This document shows positions 1 to 10,715 of a DNA stretch of 64,000 nt, piece by piece (the stretch's first letter is position 1; every line of letters starts with the position of its first letter). This DNA comes from Octopus bimaculoides. Its lineage: Eukaryota. A program made the position numbers and the translations under genes. The notes beneath the pieces are model-generated. The model ran no database searches, had not been told where the DNA came from, and saw only the letters and a list, made by a program, of their open reading frames with translations. The DNA lies in the NCBI RefSeq assembly GCF_001194135.2, contig NC_068983.1:117027925-117091924 (forward strand). The letters are read 5' to 3'.

Positions 1-131
1 CAAGCCGTTTCAGAGATGTGCCATGGAATACGACATATTTCATATTATTAATCATGGCACTAATGAAGGGAGTGTGATGATTAATAATATGAAATATGTC
101 ATATTCCATGGGACATCTCTGAAACAGCCTG
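1..131. repeat. Imperfect inverted repeat (55-bp arms, 21-nt loop), hairpin/MITE-like; may be cut by the window edge
   Basis: 1-55 matches the reverse complement of 77-131 at 51/55 positions. Confidence 0.9.
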
Positions 132-602
132 TAGATGTGTTCTCTATATTTTTTCTGTCGTTGTTTTAGTATGTCACTTTACTACTTAATCCGCTCAAGA
201 AAAATTTTTAATTTCATCATACTAAAGTATTATAATTTTAAATGTACTTACAAAAGAAAGTTTTCTTATATTGAATCGTATTTTATGTATTACATCGACA
301 TTTGTCTATTTATGTATATTTATATTTAATTTCCATTTTATAAAGAATATATATATTTATATAAGTTTCGAATGTGTATTTCAATTATGTTCTTTTAGAC
401 TCCGCATGTGTTGCCGCCATAAAAATATTATTTTCAATATAGCTCACAACGATCACTACATCTTGCTATCTGTATATTAATGGGAGCTATTGTTAACATT
501 GACAAGCTCTAAAATAAACCATATGTTTTACATATATCTATATATACAGGTACGTCATATTTTCCGTTTTCTTTCTATTTAATCCTGAAAATATATATGT
601 AC

Positions 603-680
<78 letters not shown>

Positions 681-877
681 ACATACACGCGCGCACGCGC
701 ACACACGCATATANNNNNNNNNNNNNNNNNNNNNNNNNNNNNNNNNNNNNNNNNNNNNNNNNNNNNNNNNNNNNNNNNNNNNNNNNNNNNNNNNNNNNNN
801 NNNNNNNNNNNNNNNNNNNNATATATATATATATAGTTTTGCTGAATCATTCAATGATTCATATGCTAAATACTCTT

Positions 878-1283
878 GTACTCCTTTACTCTTTTACTGG
901 TTTCAGTCATTTGACTACGGCCATGCTGGAGCACTGCCTTTAGTCGAGAAAATCGACCCCAGGACTTCTTCTTTGGAAGCCTAGTACTTATTCTATCGGT
1001 CTCTTTTTGCCGAACCGCTAAGTTACGGGGACGTAAACACACCAGCATCGGTTGTCAAGCGATGGTGGGGGGGACAAACACAGACACACAAATACACACA
1101 CATATATATATATACATATATACGACGGGCTTCTTTCAGTTTCCGTCTACCAAATCCACTCACAAGGCTTTGATCGGCCCGAAGCTATAGTAGAAGACAC
1201 TTGCTCAAGGTGCCACGCAGTGGGACTGAACCCGGAACCATGTGGTCGGTAAGCAAGCTACTTACCACACAGCCACTCCTGCA
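878..1283 (-). mobile_element. tRNA-derived SINE, family A (bipartite, internal CA/TA microsatellite)
   Basis: Minus strand starts with a tRNA-like head (TGGCTGTGTGG box A-like, GGTTCAGTCCC box B-like); homologous to 16935-17371, 51177-51760 and 60650-61050. Confidence 0.88.
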
Positions 1284-1292
1284 ACTATAGAA

Positions 1293-1571
1293 TAAAATTT
1301 ATTTGCCAACGTAAAGAGTCAATCCTGTTTAGGACGATGTTACTACCTTTATTTTGAGCCTTAGGAAAACATCTTTTCCAACTGGCTACCGACGTACAAC
1401 TGCGTCCTTATATCTCGAACAAGGCTGCTGTTATCCCCACTCCCTTGTTCTAGGTATAAGGACGTAGCTCTGCGTCGGTAGCCAGCTAGAAAAGAGGTTT
1501 ATCTGGGGTTAAAAAAGGTAGTAAAATCGTCCTAATCAGGACTGTGACTTAACGTCGGCAAATAGGTTTTA
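1293..1571. mobile_element. Foldback/MITE-like element, ~125-bp arms around an 18-nt spacer
   Basis: 1300-1424 aligns to the reverse complement of 1443-1564 with long identical blocks (e.g. CTGGCTACCGACG, TTAGGACGAT, GTCCTTATA). Confidence 0.8.
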
Positions 1572-1859
1572 CTCTTATATTTACTGAATAATTTCTCTTT
1601 ACATTCTATTAGATTCCTACTAAGAAAGAGTATAAATTCAATGAAGTCATCATTTTCTCATGATTCATTTTTCTGTTAGAAATAAACATTATTTGATATT
1701 GTCTTTTCCTTGAACATTGTGTTAGATGTCTTAGAAATGAATATTTATAACTTACGAGATAAGATATATTTATTTTGATGTCTAACACATGCCAAAATAA
1801 AAAGACTGTGAGAAGGCATTGTTGATTAATATCGGCAAACGTATGCTATGGTACTTATT

Positions 1860-1970
1860 TTAGTAATCCTGCTGCAAAAATTATATGGACTTCGGCAGCA
1901 TTTGAACTCATAATGATAAAGCCAGATATAATTAACAACAACCGTTTTATCGCTGTGTCTACTAACTCTT
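1860..1970 (-). mobile_element. Degenerate SINE family C fragment
   Basis: Minus strand reads TGAGTTCAAATGCTGCCGAAGTC, similar to the family C box B region. Confidence 0.45.
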
Positions 1971-2544
1971 TATTCACTATTGTTGTAATTTCTGAATTCC
2001 GATGAGTACCTCATAGCTAGGGTTTACCTGAAGAAAATCAATACTGCGACACGATTTCAATTTCCGATTATACTTTTTAACTCACTTTGCTAATTTCCGG
2101 AGAAATTTATGAATGCTAGCTACGGCTACTTCGAAACCCGTTACTAAAATACTTTGCTTTTGTGTCTAGCAAAAATGAGCACGAATGCATTTTCAGAGCT
2201 CTCAGTCATATAATTCTTTCAATTTTTCTAATCATATTCTTTGTTCCCAATATTTGTCTTAAAATATCTTTTACTTTAGCCGAATTTTCCTAGGTAATAA
2301 CTTGTGAGGCATACACTCAATAGCAATAATATACAAGCCAACGACCTATGAGAATTCAAACGCTATCCAAAACATATTTATTGAATATTTCTTCTAGCAT
2401 TTAGTAGAAAATTTATTTTCCATATTAATGCATATGTTTTCTGTTATTCTAAGTGTATTCTGATAGCAATTGTACATCGTTATATTCATAGGATCAATAC
2501 ATTTTAAAATTTATACATTATCATTATTATTTTTATCATGATCT

Positions 2545-3660
2545 TCTTTCAATTTTGTTTCCATTTTTGTTACGAGTGTCTTCTCCCACCAAGCGCAAAG
2601 AAACTCACTGTATGCATTGCTAGGCCATTAAAATAAAGACACCAGATTGTTCATTTACAAAATCATGTGATAGAAAATGAAGGGTGTAAAAAGAAAGAAA
2701 ATTCACACTGTGTTTCTCAATACTTATGACGTAGCAGTTAAGACAGTTTTCTGCACTCCCTGCATGGATGGTAAGTCAGGGATCAACTTTAAATAATTTT
2801 CAGTGTCTTGTTTTGATCATTCCAAGTGCTCCTACAATCGCTGGTATTGTAACCGTCTTGAGATGCCACTTGAAATCGATTTCAATCACTAAATCTTTAT
2901 ATTTTCTGAGCTTGTTAAATTCTTTTGCCGAAATATTATGATCATGTGGTATGCTCATGTCATTCAATAAACAGATTTTTTTTTCTTGGCCTCTCACAAC
3001 AATATCTGGTTTATTAGCTATTGATGAGTGTGTTTCTGGAGAGTGGCTTTGGCACATTTATCAAGACCAAATTCCATCCCGATGTCATCACTGAACGCTT
3101 TCACAGTACTTAATAAGCCTTCAAGCTCATTATCGTCTTAAGTTTTAAGTCATCCATGTCGAATTTTCTTGTCGTCAACTTTATACTCATACCCTGTTCT
3201 GTTAAGTTCACTTGTAAGTGGTAGAGTGGTATAATTGGAAATTCATATTTCAGACTGACATGTTTCAGGGAGTTGGAACTTACAGGAAAAATTTGAAAAG
3301 ATACAACAATTCAACAATTTCAAGATCCATGAATGCAGTGTACTGTCAAAGGTCTTTTTTATAATTAATTCATGTGGATCAGAGATTTCTGCGTTTGTTA
3401 TACTAGTTCTCATGGATCACGCGACTAGGAGTTAATCTTTGCATCAATATGATCCTCACCAGCACCCTCTTTGTTTAGTGGGGAAAATATCGTTCTGTTC
3501 CGTAAAGACATATGTTGTCTCCACGTGAATGTTAAATTTTTATACATGATAGACAGACAGGTTATGGGACCGATAGTTTTTGGAAACTTAGTTACATTAT
3601 TCTTTAGAAGTAGGTAAGTAGTACCATTTGCTAACCAATCAGTCGTTTTCTTAAAATCTC
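2545..3660 (-). mobile_element. Decayed, internally deleted R4/Dong-like LINE (RT fragment + REL endonuclease + 3' UTR)
   Basis: Minus-strand peptides MDDLKL..DDNELEGLLSTVKAFSDDIGMEFGLDKCAKAT (RT) and NKPDIVV..CLLNDMSIP..KLRKYKDL..PAIVGALG (REL); 3' end abuts an ATT/ATC tract and is homologous to 5583-5780. Confidence 0.85.
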
Positions 3661-3689
3661 TGATGATTTCATAGATGAACTATTATTAT

Positions 3690-4130
3690 TATTATTGAAA
3701 GATACAAATATATTTTTTAATTCTCAACCTCGTTATAATGCTAACAAAATAACGTGGACAGGATAAATTATCTATACATTGCAGAAAAATACGTTACCAG
3801 CCAGCCAGCCATGAGACTCGAACTCACATCCATGTGATTACGTGTTAAGTGCTTTACCATTAAGCTAAACTTCCCAGTAACGAATTTTTTACAATTTTAG
3901 AACTTATAAATTTAGCTTCATAAAACGCTAACGTTAAATTCAACTTACGATGAAAGTAAACAAACAAAGTTTGTTTTAGAAGCGTTGAGATGTATTGAAA
4001 GATACAGAAATAATTTTTTTATTCATTAGCATTATCACGCGTTTGAGAATAAAAAAAAATTATTTCTGTATCTTTCGATATATCTCAACGCTTCTAAAAC
4101 AAACTTTGTTCATCGTAAGTTAAATTTAAC
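3690..4130. mobile_element. Foldback element with internal tRNA-like cassette, rearranged copy
   Basis: 3690-3920 is homologous to 30330-30553; 3932-4024 and 4043-4130 form a large imperfect palindrome of the outer arm. Confidence 0.75.
3804..3874 (-). tRNA. tRNA-Thr(CGT)-like sequence, non-canonical/pseudogenic
   Basis: Box A TAGCTTAATGG, D stem GCTT/AAGC, T stem GTGAG/CTCAT with TTCGAGT loop, T5 run just downstream; anticodon and acceptor stems partly broken, A at position 33. Confidence 0.5.
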
Positions 4131-4131
4131 A

Positions 4132-4300
4132 TTCTTCTTCTTCTTCTTCTTCTTCTTCTTCTTCTTCTTCTTCTTCTTCTTCTTCTTCTTCTTCTTCTTC
4201 TTCTTCTTCTTCTTCTTCTTCTTCTTCTTCTTCTTCTTCTTCTTCTTCTTCTTCTTCTTCTTCTTCTTCTTCTTCTTCTTCTTCTCCTTCTTCTTCTTAT
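4132..4300. repeat. (TTC)n microsatellite
   Basis: Long near-perfect TTC run read directly. Confidence 0.98.
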
Positions 4301-4549
4301 TCTTACTTTTAATCTGCATCTTTGTTACAGTCACTTGTTGAGACATAACCAGCGTGCTTGGGCGAGTGAAGAATAAGAGATGCTACAATGAGTGAAAGCT
4401 CGGGGAGAGGAGGTAGTGAAATAACTTCACGTAATACAACACAGAAATTTAAATAGATAGAGCTTCTCGTTTAAATATCTGTCTTGTATTACATGAAGAT
4501 ATTTTACTACTACTCATCCACAATTATTATTATCATTATTATTATTATT

Positions 4550-5104
4550 GAGTGAGAGAGCAGTGCATGCCATCAAAGTGACACTGGGGTACAAATATAC
4601 GAAGCCCATTATACCCATCATGACTACCCGTCTGATAAGGGTACACCAGACACATGCATCGCAACCATATGTGCGCGACATGGTGGTATCATAGCAAGAT
4701 AAACAGCGCATGACCTCGCAGGTGGAGCCCAGTTAGAATTTTCTTCAGGTCGAGTAGCCCATCCCGCTCAAAAGGTCCCTGAATAAGGTTTGTTTAAGGA
4801 TGTTGAGCAAAATACCCATGTTTCCAAAGGTGAATTATTCAAACCCCAAAGAATTCCACTCAACACATGGCTATGATGCTCCCCCACTACTTCTGCTCGT
4901 GATCAGAGATGCACATATCGTTAGCCACCAAGGGACATGCTCAACTGGTTAAGGTCAAACAACTGACAAGCAAATCTGTGGTACTGAGCAGAATATTTGC
5001 TGTAGACCATCTTTTATACCAAGACAAAACAATGTACATGATAACACTTCCAATCAATTAAGATCAGGTGCCATGAGAGCCACTGCTTGGTACTGCAGCC
5101 GGGC

Positions 5105-5106
<2 letters not shown>
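4550..5106 (-). mobile_element. ~550-bp non-coding interspersed element flanked on both sides by (TAA)n
   Basis: Colinear homologue at 36201-36738; TTA tracts at 4523-4549 and 5106-5147; strand inferred from TAA polarity. Confidence 0.8.
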
Positions 5107-5147
<41 letters not shown>

Positions 5148-5300
5148 TTACCTTCAGTGTAGGTAAAAATGCACCGGGGTCTTTAGACATCCGTCAAGTC
5201 ACATCTTTTAGAGCTCCTGGAGTCTTACATGCGTAGTAAGCTTGCTATCTGTAGCCTACGGTACCATGCTATCCATTCTCTTCAGCTATCAAATACTTTA
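5148..5300 (-). mobile_element. 3'-terminal fragment of a Dong-like LINE
   Basis: Similar to 39058-39170 (CAGTGTAGG.AAAA.TGCACCG...GTCAAGTCACA) and abuts (TTA)n. Confidence 0.65.
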
Positions 5301-5304
5301 TTAA

Positions 5305-5494
5305 TAATACGCTGGACGAAATGCTTAGCGGTATTTCACTCGTTGTTACGTTCTGGGTTCAATTTCCACCGAGGCCGACATTGCCTTTCATCCTTTCAGA
5401 GTCGATAAATTAAGTGCAAGTGAAACAATGGAGTCGATATAATCGACTATCCCTTTCTCGAGAAATTCCAGGCCTTGTGCCTATAATAGAAAGG

Positions 5495-5495
<1 letters not shown>
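5305..5495 (+). mobile_element. SINE family C with (ATT)n tail
   Basis: GAAATGCTTAGCGGTATTTC..GTTCTGGGTTCAATTTCC..GTCGATAAATTAAGT..GTCGATATAATCGAC, shared with 38800-39006, 27997-28435 and others. Confidence 0.85.
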
Positions 5496-5553
<58 letters not shown>

Positions 5554-5582
5554 CATCATTATTATTATTATTTTCATTATCA

Positions 5583-5880
5583 TCTTCTTTCAATTCCGTT
5601 TCCATTTCTTGCCGAGTGACTTCCAGCCACCTAGGCCAGAGAAACGTACTTTATACATCGGTAGGCCATTAAAAGAAACACCCAAGATTGTTCATTTACA
5701 AAGTCATTTACAAAAAGGGGAAGAAAGAAGAGAGACCCCACCGCAAGACAGGTGCTACTTAGTGGCCACTTAGATCCCTGTGCAAAAAATAAGTCCCCCA
5801 AATTCCAAGTTTTCTTACTGTACCTTTGCCCAGATAGCATCACTGACCAAACACGAATAAGCAGCAAAAGCATTTTTATT
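5583..5880 (-). mobile_element. 3' end of a Dong-like LINE (ORF end + 3' UTR)
   Basis: Homologous to 2545-2780 (CTAGGCCATTAAAA..CCA.GATTGTTCATTTACAAA); abuts (ATT)n. Confidence 0.65.
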
Positions 5881-5979
5881 CAATAATACAGACCACAGTA
5901 AAAAATAAACTAATATCTTGAAAAATACACTTGGATTGACGATTGATGTCGGAACAATTACTCAATACTCTGTTTCCTA

Positions 5980-6285
5980 CACACACGCACACTCCCTATA
6001 CGTATTGACATATGAATACAATATTTCCCAGGAACACACATCCACAACAAACGCTCACAAATACAATACACACACACAAATACAATACTACCCACGCACA
6101 AACACACGCATATATACACGCACGCACACAAACATAATATGCCCATTCTCCAGGAAAAAAAACACATTCCTACAAAAACATACACACGCAATACAATTCA
6201 ACAGTCACAACAAACACTCATAGACACATACATATATACACACATACATAGCCACATACACGTACACACGCATGCACTCGCACAT

Positions 6286-6322
<37 letters not shown>

Positions 6323-6720
6323 CCCGATAAATACAAAAACACATATATGCACACGTACACACGCATACTCACATGCACACGCACTCACCGGCCTAACAAA
6401 CGCACACACACGCACACATGCACACCACGCTGAAAACTGTAACACACACATACACATGCACATAGACGAACACACACAGCGCCCTGACAAATATAACACA
6501 CATACACACGCATACACACACACATACACACACCAACCAGACAACTATAACACACACACACATACTCATTCATACAGACACCCAAAGCACTCTGACAAAT
6601 ATAGCATACACATACACACGCATATACAATTATAATACACACGGACACACATACACAAACACATGTGCGCACACACACCACTCTGATCAGAAAAATCACA
6701 CACACATATATACACTTACA
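5980..6720. repeat. CA-rich degenerate microsatellite containing a 54-bp-period minisatellite
   Basis: CTGACAAATATA-like motif recurs at 6428, 6482, 6536 and 6590. Confidence 0.8.
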
Positions 6721-7044
6721 CGCAAATTCATACCATTCATTACTTATGAGTCATATATATAAACCCCAAAACACCAGCCAAAGCAACTAAAGCATAACAG
6801 AACCAGCTCACCAAACAAGCCTTTCTTGGCTCCACAACTATTAGAACCTTTTGATCATGTGACTGCCATCAACCACCCACATTGTTTTTACAGAGACTAC
6901 AATTCTAAGCCGCCTTTTTCAAAAACAGAACGATCTTTTGATCATGTAACTGCCATTACCAACCATATTGTTTTTCTTTAAAAAGAAGGCATTTTTGAGC
7001 CATCATCTCTGTATAAAATAGTGGTAACTGTTAAATTCCATCCG

Positions 7045-7093
7045 GATGCGAGACCCAATAACCAGATGCGAGACCCAACAACCAGATCCGAGA
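7045..7093. repeat. 20-bp tandem repeat, about 2.5 copies
   Basis: GATGCGAGACCCAA(T/C)AACCA twice, then GATCCGAGA. Confidence 0.9.
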
Positions 7094-7539
7094 ACTATAA
7101 ATGGTCTGTTATTTCTCTACTCACCTTTTTTCAATTTAAGGTGCTGCAAACAATTATGGTTTCTGATCACAGTGACATTTTAATACCCACTGATTGGCAA
7201 ACCAGACACGTGTTATCTTCCTGTCAAAAAGTCTACTAGTTGATTTGGATTTATTAAACTATTATTTCACTGATCACAGAACATCAAAATTTTTCTTGTC
7301 ATTGTTAAAGATTGTATCACTTGATTTGAAAACATTTATGTAAACTGATTTTTGGCACCACGTGGATACTCAAAGCCTCACACTTTACTTTTGAAAATCT
7401 TTTTAAATAAGTGAAACCGGTCAAGTTAATAAATACTTTAAAAAGATACCTGCATTTTCAGATTCTTTTCCTCATATCTTTGCTATACACGCGCGCGCGC
7501 GCACACACACACACACACACACATATCGTTTTTGCTGTG

Positions 7540-9075
7540 GAGATTTTGCAGTGGAGAAATGCACTGAGGTAATTTATGAAAATGAAGTAGAGTTCCTTGA
7601 AGTCAACACGAGGGAACTGGGCCTCCTCCTTAGACTAAGCTACGATAGTGACTATTTAGACGACCATGACCTCAGTAGATTCTGCCCCACCAGGTCACAG
7701 AGGGGAAGACCGCCCACCATCACCTCAGCAGTGAAGAAAAGCACCGCAGAGCGCTAGTGTGATTGGATCGTACCCACCCAAGACCCTGAAAGCAAACAGG
7801 TGAAAGGAATGATTGCACATGCAATAGGGGCTAGCGTAAGAACCACATAGTAAAGTTTAACAAGAAACTATACATGCAGATTCAAGGTGCAGCAATTGTT
7901 GTCGGTGTAGCTGGGATGTGGCCGGCCTCTTCATGAGCTGGTGGGACAGAAAACTTAAGCAATCCTTAGCAGAACAGTCCACAACTCTTCTACTTTACAG
8001 CAAGTATGTACACGATATCAATATCCTAGTTAAGACTAACTCTAGTAACCTTAATATAGAAACTGAGAGGAACATAAAGGAGAGCATCCAGCAAGTAGCT
8101 GACCCCATCTAGCAAAGTATCAAGGTAACTATAGATTACCCCACTAGGCACCCCAACAATAGACTACCCATCCTTGATACTGAACTTTGGTTAGAGACTG
8201 TGAACAACAGATTACAACTCCTCCACTCCTATTACATGAAACCCATAGCTTCGAAATATGTTGTTCATAAGAACTGAGCTTTGTCACACAACGTGAAAAT
8301 TGACATACTGATAGCAGGCTTAGTTAGGATAATGAGCAACGTGTCCCAACTATGCAATCCCTATGAAACGAAGAAACATGTACAGAACTTTATGTACCGC
8401 ATGCAGTTCTCTAGATATGATCAGAAAGATAGGGTTCGAGTATACAGGGGTGCTAGAAAGAAGTTAGAGAACATTATATGTAATGAAACCAGTGGTACCT
8501 ACCTGCCCCAGATATAGAAGAAAAGACTGCAATAGAAGACAAATAGCTTGCGACGAAACAAACAGGGTGAACACATGGTATAAAACCGACAAATATCAAG
8601 GAGTGATGTTTGTAGAGGCCGCAGCCTATGGAAAACTAGCCCGTAGATTTATGAAAGCTCCGAAAGAGACCAAACTCAACATTGAGATTGTTGAAAAGCC
8701 AGGGAACTCCATCAGATCACAACTATGTAGGACGTACCCCTTTGAGAATACCATATGCACCAATGATAACTGCATGCTATGTAGGATTAGCCCTGGCATT
8801 AACTGTATAACTAAAAATGTAGCCTACAGTATAACACGCATAGAAGGTGCTTGTAAAGACATGAACATGACATACATAGGAGAGACATCTTGAACATCTT
8901 GGACTCTTGGACATTGCGGAAAGACTAAATAAAAGAGTCCTTCCTACTCTAGCAACATGGAGACAACTTAACATCCGTATTTTATCCAAGCACCCAAAAG
9001 ACCCAAACCTCAGACAAATACAGGAGTATGTCCTCATAAATGAAACATCCCCGGTACTAAATAGGAAATATACAT
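7540..9075 (+). mobile_element. Decayed Penelope-like retroelement (RT + GIY-YIG endonuclease), Neptune-like by motif recall
   Basis: Fragments CPTRSQRGRPPTIT, YMQIQGAAI, LFMSWWDR, YSKYVHDIN, LPILD, YYMKP, VMFVEA, IVEKPG, CxxxxCxxC..CITKNVAY..YIGETS, RQIQEYVLI..LN; several stops and frameshifts. Confidence 0.88.
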
Positions 9076-9089
9076 AGTAGGTAATCATA

Positions 9090-9740
9090 CCCCCATACCC
9101 ACAGTTTATATTTATATACAGATAGTTTGTGGGCTGTCATGTAGATGTGTATTTGTGGGTGTCTGTGTGTATATATGTATATGTATATGTATATGCACAT
9201 GCATGTAGGCAAATGGATGTGAAAATAAACAGATACCCATACAGACGGATAGATTGTAGGTAATATGAACTGACAATCACACATACACACACATACGCAA
9301 ATTAAGACTGAAACACATGAACATATACACACACACGCACTTCACACAACGACATATATGGACACACACACACATCCACACATACGGAGATACGCATCTA
9401 TACATTCAGAGACAGTACATAGTCACAAAAACTCATACGCACACACACAGACAGACACACTCAAACATGCAGCACACAAGGAGACAGATATACACAAACA
9501 CACACATGCAAACATACACACACACACGCACACGCACACATAAAAACATACAAACGCGAACACAAACACATGAATATGCAGAATGCATACAAACGTACAC
9601 ACATACATATATAAATTTGCACACACACACATACATGCATACAGACACTTACTTGCATGAGTACATACATACATGCATACATACACGTGTAAGCGCACAC
9701 ACACTGACTCACACACATGCGCACAAACAAACAAAAAGAA
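9090..9740. repeat. CA/TA-rich degenerate microsatellite tract
   Basis: Low-complexity CA/TACA sequence read directly. Confidence 0.9.
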
Positions 9741-9873
9741 CGCAGCTCGAATAACGAACAGTGTCAACAACTATTGGAAAGTTTGCAAGACGCAACGGAA
9801 ATTTTAGAAAATATATATATATTTATATATATGCATATGTATATATATATGTGTGTATCTCTCTCTCTCTCTC

Positions 9874-9916
<43 letters not shown>

Positions 9917-10574
9917 NNNNNNNNNNNNNNNNNNNNNNNNNNNNNNNNNNNNNNNNNNNNNNNNNNNNNNNNNNNNNNNNNNNNNNNNNNNNNNNNNNNN
10001 NNNNNNNNNNNNNNNNNNNNNNNNNNNNNNNNNNNNNNNNNNNNNNNNNNNNNNNNNNNNNNNNNNNNNNNNNNNNNNNNNNNNNNNNNNNNNNNNNNNN
10101 NNNNNNNNNNNNNNNNNNNNNNNNNNNNNNNNNNNNNNNNNNNNNNNNNNNNNNNNNNNNNNNNNNNNNNNNNNNNNNNNNNNNNNNNNNNNNNNNNNNN
10201 NNNNNNNNNNNNNNNNNNNNNNNNNNNNNNNNNNNNNNNNNNNNNNNNNNNNNNNNNNNNNNNNNNNNNNNNNNNNNNNNNNNNNNNNNNNNNNNNNNAT
10301 ATATATGTACGTGTATATGTTTATGTATGTTGATATATGTCGGAACAATGAAAGTTCTCAATAGGTGTTGTAGATAGTATAGTCCTTATTGAAACTGAAT
10401 GCTTGTCTATTGCAACTTGGGCTTCATAGCACTAGGTTATGTAACTGTCACTTTTGTACGAGTATGATTTGAAAGTATACACTATGCTTTTGCTAGTTAA
10501 CTAAAGGTTTCAGCTGTTTATGTAATCATGAGAAAACTATGGAGGATGTGGCATCTAGTTGGATCGCGCGCTCT

Positions 10575-10715
10575 AGCAGTGCTAGCCTGGTATTCGTTTC
10601 CAGCTGAGTTGACTGGAGCAGCGTAAAATGAAGCACCTTCCTCAAGGATACAACCTGTCGTCTGATGCGGATACGGAACCTTCGATCCAACACTAACTAT
10701 TAGACCTCGCACCAT
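10575..10715 (-). mobile_element. Degenerate SINE fragment related to 33458-33783
   Basis: CCAGCTGAGTTGACTGGAGCAGCGTAAAATGAAG..CTCAAGGATACAAC resembles 33650-33710. Confidence 0.55.

Noticed and set aside
4110-4346. Poly-lysine ORF
   Set aside because: Reverse translation of the (TTC)n microsatellite.
5040-5106. HDV-like ribozyme at the 5' end of the 550-bp element
   Set aside because: A P4-like hairpin exists, but I could not find P1, P3/L3 or nested pseudoknot pairings; kept only as a structured-end hypothesis.
8880-8893. In-frame TGA after YIGETS as possible selenocysteine recoding (some Naiad-type PLEs encode Sec)
   Set aside because: It falls at the conserved Arg of YIGET.R and is explained by CGA-to-TGA decay; the upstream Cys codons are ordinary TGC/TGT and the element has other stops.
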